A stretch of 63,452 nt of DNA, from assembly GCA_049642015.1 (NCBI GenBank), contig JBAROI010000095.1, positions 1-63,452 of the forward strand. The letters run 5' to 3'. Numbering within the stretch: the stretch's first letter is position 1; every line of letters starts with the position of its first letter. Position numbers and translations under genes: made by a program. Shown here one piece after another: positions 55,840 through 63,452 of this stretch. This DNA is from Candidatus Omnitrophota bacterium (lineage in GTDB: Bacteria > Omnitrophota > Gorgyraeia > Tantalellales > Tantalellaceae). Under the pieces are notes generated by a model that made no database searches, had not been told where the DNA came from, and worked only from the letters and a program-made list of their open reading frames with translations.

Positions 55840-56736
55840 TTAATCTTTTCCCAGAATTATTTCCAGGCTGAAATCTACCGGTTCGATAGAACTTGTGATC
55901 GACCCGGCAGATATGATCTCTGCGCCGGTATGCGCGTATTCACTTATATTTTCGAGGGTTATTCCTCCGGATACTTCAAAAAGAACTTTACCCTCAAGGT
56001 CTTTTTCCTTACGCAGGGCTACCGCTTTTTCTACCGTATCCGGCGGCATGTTATCCAGCATTATGATGTCCGGCCTCTCTTCCAGCGCGTATTCGCATTC
56101 TTTCAGCGTTTCAACTTCTATTTCCACGCGGATGTTCTTCTGGACGGAAGACCTTGCCTGCTCGATGAGGTCCTTTATGTTTTTTTCGCTATCAGTGCTT
56201 TTCTTCTGGATGCCGTACGCCCTTATGTGATTGTCTTTGATGAGGACCATGTCCCAGAGGCCGCTCCTGTGATTTGTCCCGCCTCCGACGGCTACCGCGT
56301 ATTTCTGCAGATACCTGTGGAGCGGGACCGTCTTTCTGGTATCGTACAAAACAGCTTTTGTACCTTTGATCTTGTCGGTCATCTCGCGGGTCTTGGTAGC
56401 GACCCCGCTCATAAGGCTGAGAAAATTCAATGCTGTCCTTTCGCCTTTCAAGATAGATTGCGCTTTACCTTCCGCAAAGGCTATTTCCTGCCCGGGTTCA
56501 ACGTGATCGCCGTCCTTGACTAACGGGCGGAACTTCAGATCGGGATCAACGCCGTCAAATACCCTTTCGGCAACATCTATCCCGCAGACCATACCTGTCT
56601 GGCGCGCCAATATGACGGCGTCGACGACCAGAGACCGGCTCAACACGGCCTGCGAGGTAATATCCCCGGTCCATACGTCCTCTTTAAGGGCGTACCTCAC
56701 TATAAGATCTATTCTTTTTCTGTTGAGCTCCATCAT
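55840..56736 (-). CDS. nadC: nicotinate-nucleotide diphosphorylase (carboxylating)
   Basis: ERTALNFLSLMSGVAT, DTRKTVP, GGGTNHRSGL, MLDNM. The start is set at MMELNRK (56736). The listed 60-codon extension is a translation of the upstream palindromic repeat cluster. Confidence 0.88.
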   Translation of the reverse strand: MMELNRKRIDLIVRYALKEDVWTGDITSQAVLSRSLVVDAVILARQTGMVCGIDVAERVFDGVDPDLKFRPLVKDGDHVEPGQEIAFAEGKAQSILKGERTALNFLSLMSGVATKTREMTDKIKGTKAVLYDTRKTVPLHRYLQKYAVAVGGGTNHRSGLWDMVLIKDNHIRAYGIQKKSTDSEKNIKDLIEQARSSVQKNIRVEIEVETLKECEYALEERPDIIMLDNMPPDTVEKAVALRKEKDLEGKVLFEVSGGITLENISEYAHTGAEIISAGSITSSIEPVDFSLEIILGKD

Positions 56737-56758
56737 TTCACTATATGTTATCCTGACC

Positions 56759-56940
56759 CCGGATATTCGCCTTCGGCGAATTCCGGGGTGACACCAAAAG
56801 TATGTCATCCCGGGCGAGGCCACAGGCCGAGACCCGGGATCACATAATATTTTTATTTGATTCCCGCTTTCGCGGGAATGACAACTCGTTTTGCTTTCGC
56901 GGGGACGACAACTCATTTCCGCTTCTGCGGGCCCCGTTAG
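56759..56940. repeat. cluster of short palindromic units (GTCATyCC...GGrATC family)
   Basis: Hairpin CCGGATATTCGCC-TTC-GGCGAATTCCGG (56759-56786). Unit GTCATCCCGGGCGAGGCCACAGGCCGAGACCCGGGATC (56804-56841). Three tandem ~27-nt units in reverse orientation: GATTCCCGCTTTCGCGGGAATGACAACTC / GTTTTGCTTTCGCGGGGACGACAACTC / ATTTCCGCTTCTGCGGGCC (56859-56933). Confidence 0.8.
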
Positions 56941-56951
56941 AACTTCATTTT

Positions 56952-57680
56952 CTAACGGGGCAGGAATGCCATTTTTTTTAATCTTTCTATTTCTCTATCA
57001 GTTAGTACCCGGTATTCGCCTTCTTTAAGCGTGCCCAGTGTAAGTCCCGCGTACCTCACCCGTTTGAGAGCCGTAACCTTGCCTTCTACCGCTTCAAACA
57101 TGCGCCTTATCTGGCGCTTTTTCCCTTCATGAAGCGTTATCCTGTAGACCGTGGTATCTTTGCCTTTTCTCCGGAGTTTTATATGGCACGGAGCTGTTAT
57201 TTTCCCGTCAACCTCAATGCCTTTTTCTATTTTTTTTATCTTCTCCAGCGACACAAACCCTTTAACCGTAACCAGATACTCTTTTTCTACTTCAAAACTG
57301 GGATGCGTCATCCTGTGCGCCAGGTCCCCGTCGTTAGTGACGAGAAGTATCCCGGTCGTGTCTTTGTCAAGCCGCCCTACCGGATAAAGGCGCGCTTTCA
57401 CTTTCTCGAAAAAATCTGTCACCTTCTTCCGGGAATGAGTATCCTGCGTCGTGGAGATAACGTTTTTGGGCTTATTCAGTAAAAAATAATATTTTTTCTC
57501 GCCCCTGGGGAGAAGGCGCCCGTTCACAAGTATCTCGTGACGGTCCGGGTCGACCCGGAGGCCCTTTTCCGTGACACACCGGCCGTCTATCTTAACCTTT
57601 CCGCTTTCGATCAATTCAACGGCGCGCCTTCTTGAAGAGACGCCAGCATGGGAAAGAATTGTCTGCAACCGCTTCTTCAT
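56952..57680 (-). CDS. rluB: RsuA/RluB-family rRNA pseudouridine synthase with S4 domain
   Basis: 242 aa. S4 domain RLQTILSHAGVSSRRRAVELIESGKV. Catalytic PVGRLDKDTTGILLVTNDGDLAHRMTHP. Confidence 0.8.
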   Translation of the reverse strand: MKKRLQTILSHAGVSSRRRAVELIESGKVKIDGRCVTEKGLRVDPDRHEILVNGRLLPRGEKKYYFLLNKPKNVISTTQDTHSRKKVTDFFEKVKARLYPVGRLDKDTTGILLVTNDGDLAHRMTHPSFEVEKEYLVTVKGFVSLEKIKKIEKGIEVDGKITAPCHIKLRRKGKDTTVYRITLHEGKKRQIRRMFEAVEGKVTALKRVRYAGLTLGTLKEGEYRVLTDREIERLKKMAFLPR

Positions 57681-60364
57681 TTTAAAGCATCCAGGTTTTC
57701 CTGCAGGTTTCTGATCTGCCGTTCGAATCTGTCTTTCTTCTCTTTCTCCTGCCGGACGACTTCTTCCGGCGCTTTGTCAAGAAAACCCTTGCTGCCAAGC
57801 TTTTTTTCTATACCGCCGAGTATGCCCTGGAACTTCTCGATCTTTTCTTCTACCCGTTTTTTCTCTTTCTCAACGTCTATGGCCTCTCCGATCGGGATGA
57901 ACACCGATATGTTCTCAACCAGCGCCGCTACGGACTGTCCGGGCCTTGAAAGGTCTTTTCCTATTGTTTCGACCTTGCAGCGCGCCAGTTTCTCTATCAG
58001 CAGTTTATTCTCTTCAAGGATATCCGCGTCGCCTTTTTCTTTGACGCTAAACAGGGCCTTGATCTCTTCCTTGTTCGGTATATTCCAGAAAGCTCTCGCG
58101 TTCCTGACAGCCGTGATCACGCCTATCAATTTTCCCATCACGCGAACGGCTTTTTCGTCAACGGCTCCGGCCTGCGGCCATTCCGCGCTCATGATCCATT
58201 TTGAGGGCTTCTCCGGGATCTTTTGCCAGATCTCTTCGGTGGCGAAAGGCATAAAGGGATGAAGCAGCTTCAGGCATCCGCGTAAAACGGTCAAAAGGAC
58301 CCTCTGGGTGGTCTCTTTATCCGGCGAGAATTTGGAGATCTCCAGGTACCAGTCGCAGTATTGGTGCCAGATAAAATCGTACAGGACCGAAGCGGCATCG
58401 TTGAACCTGTAAGCTTCAAGTGATCTTGTGACCTTCTGTATCGCCTCGGAAAGACGGCTTAAGATCCACCTGTCCTCGAGCGTTTTTACGCCTTCAAGCC
58501 CTACGTCTTCGACTGAGAGACTTTCATCAAGACTCATCAAGACGTATCTTGACGCGTTCCATAACTTATTCGTAAAATTACGCCCTAGTTCAAACTTCTC
58601 TCTGGACAGGAAGACATCCTGCCCCTGGGAAGTGATAGAGATGATACTGAACCTCAGGGCATCGCTTCCTACTTCCTCTATGATCTCCAATGGGTCGATA
58701 ACGTTCCCGAGGGATTTTGACATTTTTGTCCCGGTGGCGTCACGGACGGTCCCATGTATATACACATCCCTGAACGGTATGTCCTTGATAAATTTTAAGC
58801 CGGACATGATCATTCTCGCCACCCAGAAAAAGATTATCTCCTGCGCGGTCACCAGAACATCCGTAGGGTAAAATACTTTCAGCTCTTTTGTTTTCTCCGG
58901 CCAGCCCATCGTGGAGAACGGCCAGAGCCACGAACTGAACCATGTATCCAGAACATCCGGGTCCTGCTCTATGTTTTTCCCTCCGCAACCGGGGCATCCT
59001 TCCGGCTTGTTATCACTAATAAAAACTCCGGGCGTACCCGGTCCCGCTACTTCAACGTCGCGCACGTTCTCATATTTTAGACAATCCTTGCAGTACCATA
59101 TGGGTATGCGGTGACCCCACCAGATCTGCCGCGAGATGCACCAGTCCCGGATATTTTCCATCCAGTTCAGGTAAACCTTGGTCCACCTCGGAGGATAAAA
59201 TTTTATTTTGCCTTTTTTGACGACTTTTATGCCGTCTTCTGCCAGCGGCTTCATCCTGACAAACCACTGCTTTGAAAGTCTTGGTTCGACGATAACGTGA
59301 CAACGGTAGCAGTGCCCCACAGCGTGAGCGTGTTTCTCGGTCTTTACCAGGAGTTTCTTCTCCTTCAGGACTTCAATCAGGGCTTCCCGGCATTCAAACC
59401 TGTCCATCCCTTCAAAATCGCCGCCGAGAATATTTATCGACCCGTCGGGATTCATAACGTTGACCGATTCAAGGCCGTGCCTCTGGCCGAGCTCAAAGTC
59501 CACGGGATCATGGGCCGGGGTGACCTTCAAAGCGCCCGTCCCGAATTCAGGGTCGACGCTCTCGTCAAAAACAACCTTTAGCTCGCGCTCGACCACCGGC
59601 AGGATCAACGTCTTGTCTTTAAGATGCGTATATCTGCCATCTTTCGGGCTCACTGCGACAGCAACGTCTCCCAGCATCGTCTCGGGCCGGGTCGTCGCTA
59701 CCACTACGTAATCTTCGCCTTCTTTCTCAAGCTTTTCCCTTCCCTTGATCGGGTACTTTATAAAATAAAGCATCCCTTCTACTTCGTGGTGCTCCGCCTC
59801 TTCGTCGCTTAGCGCCGTACCGCACCTTGGGCACCAGTTTATAATATAATCGCCTTTATAGATCAGGCCTTCTTCATACAGTCTCGTAAAGACTTCCCTT
59901 ACCGCGCGGGAAAGGCCCTCGTCCATCGTGAAGCGCGTCCTGCTCCAGTCGCACGCGCACCCCAGCTTTTTCAACTGATGGATGATGGTCGAGCCGTACT
60001 CATCCTTCCACTGCCAGACTCTTTTAAGGAATTTTTCCCGTCCGAGATCATGCCTTTTCTGGCCCTCTTTAGCGATCTCACGCTCGACCACGTTCTGCGT
60101 CGCGATCCCCGCGTGATCCGTACCGGGCATCCACAGAACCTCAAAGCCCTGCATCCGCTTCCACCTGATCAGGATATCCTGAATGGTATTATTCAAGGCG
60201 TGCCCCATGTGGAGTATGCCCGTGACGTTCGGGGGCGGAATAACGATAGAATAAGGTTTCTTTTTCGCATCGGTCTCGGCGCGAAAAAGATTTTCGTCTG
60301 ACCAGGACTTATAGATACCTTCTTCTATGTTTTTGGGATCGTATTTGGAAGGAAGCTCTTTCAT
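57677..60364 (-). CDS. valS: valine--tRNA ligase
   Basis: 895 aa. HIGH region PPPNVTGILHMGHA, KMSKS region GTKMSKSLGN, editing domain, C-terminal coiled coil. Confidence 0.97.
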   Translation of the reverse strand: MKELPSKYDPKNIEEGIYKSWSDENLFRAETDAKKKPYSIVIPPPNVTGILHMGHALNNTIQDILIRWKRMQGFEVLWMPGTDHAGIATQNVVEREIAKEGQKRHDLGREKFLKRVWQWKDEYGSTIIHQLKKLGCACDWSRTRFTMDEGLSRAVREVFTRLYEEGLIYKGDYIINWCPRCGTALSDEEAEHHEVEGMLYFIKYPIKGREKLEKEGEDYVVVATTRPETMLGDVAVAVSPKDGRYTHLKDKTLILPVVERELKVVFDESVDPEFGTGALKVTPAHDPVDFELGQRHGLESVNVMNPDGSINILGGDFEGMDRFECREALIEVLKEKKLLVKTEKHAHAVGHCYRCHVIVEPRLSKQWFVRMKPLAEDGIKVVKKGKIKFYPPRWTKVYLNWMENIRDWCISRQIWWGHRIPIWYCKDCLKYENVRDVEVAGPGTPGVFISDNKPEGCPGCGGKNIEQDPDVLDTWFSSWLWPFSTMGWPEKTKELKVFYPTDVLVTAQEIIFFWVARMIMSGLKFIKDIPFRDVYIHGTVRDATGTKMSKSLGNVIDPLEIIEEVGSDALRFSIISITSQGQDVFLSREKFELGRNFTNKLWNASRYVLMSLDESLSVEDVGLEGVKTLEDRWILSRLSEAIQKVTRSLEAYRFNDAASVLYDFIWHQYCDWYLEISKFSPDKETTQRVLLTVLRGCLKLLHPFMPFATEEIWQKIPEKPSKWIMSAEWPQAGAVDEKAVRVMGKLIGVITAVRNARAFWNIPNKEEIKALFSVKEKGDADILEENKLLIEKLARCKVETIGKDLSRPGQSVAALVENISVFIPIGEAIDVEKEKKRVEEKIEKFQGILGGIEKKLGSKGFLDKAPEEVVRQEKEKKDRFERQIRNLQENLDALK

Positions 60365-61941
60365 TACTTCTTTCGCTTCTCGTCTTTCAGGAATTTATAC
60401 TCGATGGAATCGATAAGCGCCAGCCAGCTGGCCTCTATGATGTTTTCCGAGACTCCTACCGTCCACCAGGAATCGGACGCATCCTGCGACTGGATAAGAA
60501 CGCGGACTTTGGCCGCGGTTCCCGCTTTTTCATCCAGAACCCTTACCCTGAAATCTGAAAGATGCATCTCGTTGAGCGAAGGAAAATATTCTACCAGCGC
60601 TTTTCTCAGCGCCTGGTCCAGGGCGTGTACGGGTCCGTCGCCGAGGGCCACCGTATGTTTTCTTTTGTTCCCGATCTTCAGCTTTACCGTCGCTTCGGAG
60701 ACAATTTGACCGCCGGACCTCTTTTCAACAATGACCCTGAGGTCCTGAAGCTCAAAATGTCTCTCAAAGACTTCCGAAGCGCGCCGCATCAAGAGCATCA
60801 AAGAAGCTTCTGCCAGTTCGAACTGGTATCCGGCCTTCTCGAGATCCTGCACATCGGAAAGGATCTTACTCGCCTTGTCGGACTCTTTTTCTATTCTAAG
60901 ACCGAGTTCCCCGGCTTTGCTTATTATGCTCGACTTTCCCGAAAGCTCCGAGATCAGCATCCTCCGCTTGTTCCCGACTTTAGTGGGGTCCATATGCTCG
61001 TAAGACCTGGGGTTTTTAAGCATCGCGTTAACGTGAACGCCGGCTTTATGCGCAAAGGCGCTGGCGCCCACGTAAGGCTGTGAATCTTGTTGTTTCACGT
61101 TCGATATTTCGGCGATATACCTGGAAGTGTCCGTAAGCTCTTTTATCGCGAAGTCCGACATGCAATCCATGCCAAGCTTTACCCTCAAGGCAGGAATGAT
61201 CGAAACAAGGTTCGCGTTTCCGCATCTTTCCCCGTAACCGTTAAAGGTGCCCTGGACGTGAACACACCCCGCCTGCACCGCAGCGATGGAATTGGCTACC
61301 GCCATATCGTTATCATTGTGCGTATGGATCCCCAGCGGAGCGCTTATTTTTTCCCTCACTTCTTCCACGATCTCAAATACCTGACTGGTGAGGGTGCCGC
61401 CGTTCGTATCGCAGAGAACCAGGCACTCGGCCCCGCCTTCAAGCGCGGCTTCAAGCGTATCGACCGCGTATTTTGGGTTTTCTTTGTAGCCGTCAAAAAA
61501 ATGCTCCGCGTCGAAGATGACGTGCCGTCCTCTTTTTTTCAGGTACTTCACCGAATCGCCGACCATCTTCAAGTTCTCTTTCAAGGAAGCCCTCAAAACA
61601 GCTTTTACGTGGAGGTCCCAGCTCTTTCCAAAGATGGTCACATATTTAGTTTCAGCTTTTAGTAAGTTCTTTATGACGATGTCTGATGAAACTTTTGTAT
61701 CAGCCCGTCGCGTGCTGCCGAACACGGCAAGCTTGGATCTTTTCAGTTTAAGGGACTTTTTGGCCTCTTTGAAAAACTCGTCGTCTTTGGGGTTAGACCC
61801 GGGCCAGCCGCCTTCTATAAAATCTATACCCAGATCGTCAAGCTTCCGGGCTATACGGAGCTTGTCTTTTACGGTAAACGAGATCCCCTCCGACTGCGCC
61901 CCGTCTCTCAACGTGGTGTCATAGATATATACTTTTTCCAT
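60364..61941 (-). CDS. cimA: citramalate synthase (LeuA-related, TIGR00977-like)
   Basis: IYDTTLRDGAQSEGISFTVKDKLRIARKLDDLGIDFIEGGWPGSNPKD, HTHNDNDMAVANS, and a C-terminal LeuA-dimer-type regulatory domain. I prefer the start at MEKVYIYD (61941). Confidence 0.8.
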   Translation of the reverse strand: MEKVYIYDTTLRDGAQSEGISFTVKDKLRIARKLDDLGIDFIEGGWPGSNPKDDEFFKEAKKSLKLKRSKLAVFGSTRRADTKVSSDIVIKNLLKAETKYVTIFGKSWDLHVKAVLRASLKENLKMVGDSVKYLKKRGRHVIFDAEHFFDGYKENPKYAVDTLEAALEGGAECLVLCDTNGGTLTSQVFEIVEEVREKISAPLGIHTHNDNDMAVANSIAAVQAGCVHVQGTFNGYGERCGNANLVSIIPALRVKLGMDCMSDFAIKELTDTSRYIAEISNVKQQDSQPYVGASAFAHKAGVHVNAMLKNPRSYEHMDPTKVGNKRRMLISELSGKSSIISKAGELGLRIEKESDKASKILSDVQDLEKAGYQFELAEASLMLLMRRASEVFERHFELQDLRVIVEKRSGGQIVSEATVKLKIGNKRKHTVALGDGPVHALDQALRKALVEYFPSLNEMHLSDFRVRVLDEKAGTAAKVRVLIQSQDASDSWWTVGVSENIIEASWLALIDSIEYKFLKDEKRKK

Positions 61942-61951
61942 GTTGACCTCT

Positions 61952-63190
61952 TTATTTTTTGCGTCTTGCCTTTTGCAGGCCAAACGCTTTGTGAATTGCC
62001 CTTACGGCTTTATCGGTGTCTTTTCTGCTGATCACGCACGATATTTTTATCTCGCTGGTCGAAATCATCTCTATGTTTATTTTCGCGGAAGCGAGCGACG
62101 TGAACATCTTAGCCGCCACACCCGAATGGCTGCGCATGCCTATCCCGACAACAGAAACCTTGGCGATGTCACTATCGTACCTGGCCCCTTTAGCGCCGAT
62201 CTTTTTGACGACCTTTTTAATAACTTCCTTGGTCTTATCCAGGTCCTTCTTATCAATGGTAAAGGAAATATCCGTCGACCTGGTGCGAGAGATGTTCTGA
62301 ATGATCATATCCACGTTTATACCGGCCTTTGCCAGTTGTTCAAACAGTATGCTGGCTTCACCCGGTCTATCCGGAACGTCGCATACCGTGACCTTCGCTT
62401 CATTTTTATTCGCGGTAACGCCTCGGACCAGAACGTCTTCCATGTCTCTGACCTCCTTAGTTATCAAAGTGCCCTCTTCACTGGAAAAACTCGACCGCAC
62501 GTGTATCGGTATCCCGAACTTGCTGGCGACTTCCATGCTTCTTGCCTGCATGACCTGCGCCCCTAAAGAGGCCATCTCCAGCATCTCCTCAGAACTTATA
62601 GTGCTCAGCTTTCGGGCGTCTTTCACGACGCGCGGGTCAGCTGTATAAACACCTTTAACATCCGTATATATTTCGCAAACCTTTGCCTTTAAAACTTTGG
62701 CCAGGGCCACGGCAGTCATATCCGAACCACCTCTCCCGAGAGTTGTTATTTCCTGATCCAGGTTAACTCCCTGGAAACCGGCCACTATGACTACCCTGCC
62801 CTTGCGCAACTGTTCCTGGATCTTGCTCGTATTTATATCTCTTATCTTTGCTTTGGTATGTGACGAATCCGTTATTATGCCGACCTGTGCTCCCGTGAAA
62901 GAGATCGCTTTCTGTCCGGCCTTGTGCAAAGCCATGGCTAGAAGAGCGACAGATACCTGCTCCCCGGTCGACATGAGCATGTCAAGCTCTCTTTCAACCG
63001 GCGTTTTACTTATCTGCGAAGCCAGACCAAGAAGTTCATTTGTCGTATCGCCGAGCGCTGAGACCACAACGACTACGTCGTATCCCTTTCTTCTATACGA
63101 AGCGACCCTTTTCGCTACCCCTATTATCTTCTCGGGGTTCGCCACGCTTGTCCCGCCGTACTTTTGAACTATTATTCCTTTTTTTCTCAT
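61952..63190 (-). CDS. lysC: aspartate kinase
   Basis: [22 protein letters not shown], and two C-terminal ACT domains. I prefer the start at MRKKGIIV (63190), behind GGAG, where it forms an ATGA overlap with the upstream gene's stop. Confidence 0.92.
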   Translation of the reverse strand: MRKKGIIVQKYGGTSVANPEKIIGVAKRVASYRRKGYDVVVVVSALGDTTNELLGLASQISKTPVERELDMLMSTGEQVSVALLAMALHKAGQKAISFTGAQVGIITDSSHTKAKIRDINTSKIQEQLRKGRVVIVAGFQGVNLDQEITTLGRGGSDMTAVALAKVLKAKVCEIYTDVKGVYTADPRVVKDARKLSTISSEEMLEMASLGAQVMQARSMEVASKFGIPIHVRSSFSSEEGTLITKEVRDMEDVLVRGVTANKNEAKVTVCDVPDRPGEASILFEQLAKAGINVDMIIQNISRTRSTDISFTIDKKDLDKTKEVIKKVVKKIGAKGARYDSDIAKVSVVGIGMRSHSGVAAKMFTSLASAKINIEMISTSEIKISCVISRKDTDKAVRAIHKAFGLQKARRKK

Positions 63191-63452
63191 GATAATTTCT
63201 CCGCCAACAGCATTTTCATTAATTCTGAACCGCACTCCAGCTTGACGCTCCCGGCCTTCGCCGACCGTTCGGTAAAAACCACAACGTCGTCGGGGTTTAT
63301 TCCCTTGCCTGCCATAGCAAACGGCACCGGGTCCTTCGTGTGCGTCCTTTTCTTTATCGGCGTTGGATGATCCGGTAAAACAAGCGCGCGGTAATCTACT
63401 TTTCCGGAAAGTTCATTTATGATCTTTTTGACTATCTTGCTGTCAAAATTCT
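63187..63452 (-). CDS. 3' end of a cofactor-independent phosphoglycerate mutase-like protein (ApgM / 'proposed homoserine kinase' family); 5' part lies outside the window
   Basis: My own translation of the minus strand gives ...[87 protein letters not shown]. The blocks PDHPTP..H..DPVPF are typical of the family. It is not in the ORF track because no start codon lies in the window. Confidence 0.65.
   Translation of the reverse strand, partial: NFDSKIVKKIINELSGKVDYRALVLPDHPTPIKKRTHTKDPVPFAMAGKGINPDDVVVFTERSAKAGSVKLECGSELMKMLLAEKLS

Noticed and set aside
56859-56940. Tandem ~27-nt repeats considered as a possible mini-CRISPR array.
   Set aside because: There are only three degenerating units, directly abutting with no unique spacers. 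They are palindromic units of a dispersed repeat family, and no cas genes are in the window.

Overview
This is a 63,452-bp bacterial window that is about 95% coding. After the first 2.6 kb almost every gene is on the minus strand.

Contents:
1. A two-component / c-di-GMP signalling cluster. It has three polytopic histidine kinases (two are tandem paralogues), two single-domain receivers and a GAF-HD-GYP protein.
2. Long housekeeping runs: pgpA-pgsA-rimO-rodZ-ftsK-uppP-dut-pnp-rpsO-ribF-truB-nrnA-rbfA-DUF503, a DHH-CBS-CCA-adding-enzyme fusion, a xerC/D-type recombinase, an FMN-riboswitch-controlled rib operon, groESL with CIRCE, coaX-birA-uvrB-nadC, and rluB-valS-cimA-lysC.
3. One tRNA-Pro(CGG), with a decayed copy of its own 3' half 181 bp away.
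4. Several families of short structured repeats, including a GIY-YIG mini-cassette inserted inside the rib operon.
5. The outstanding feature: one uninterrupted 16.8-kb ORF (35156..51955, minus strand, 5,599 aa) with its own near-consensus promoter. It encodes a membrane-anchored mosaic protein. In order it carries a GHKL ATPase-like module, a helical repeat array, an M48 metalloprotease, a UbiB/ABC1 kinase, a second GHKL module, a minimal nucleotidyltransferase, a GH130-like beta-propeller, and more than 2,000 aa I cannot assign.

I saw no rRNA, CRISPR array or transposase. The gene content (7TM-type kinases, a TIGR04073-like protein, a giant ORF) is reminiscent of Omnitrophota-like uncultivated lineages, but that is inference only. 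All calls come from reading translations and motifs by eye. No database or HMM search was run.
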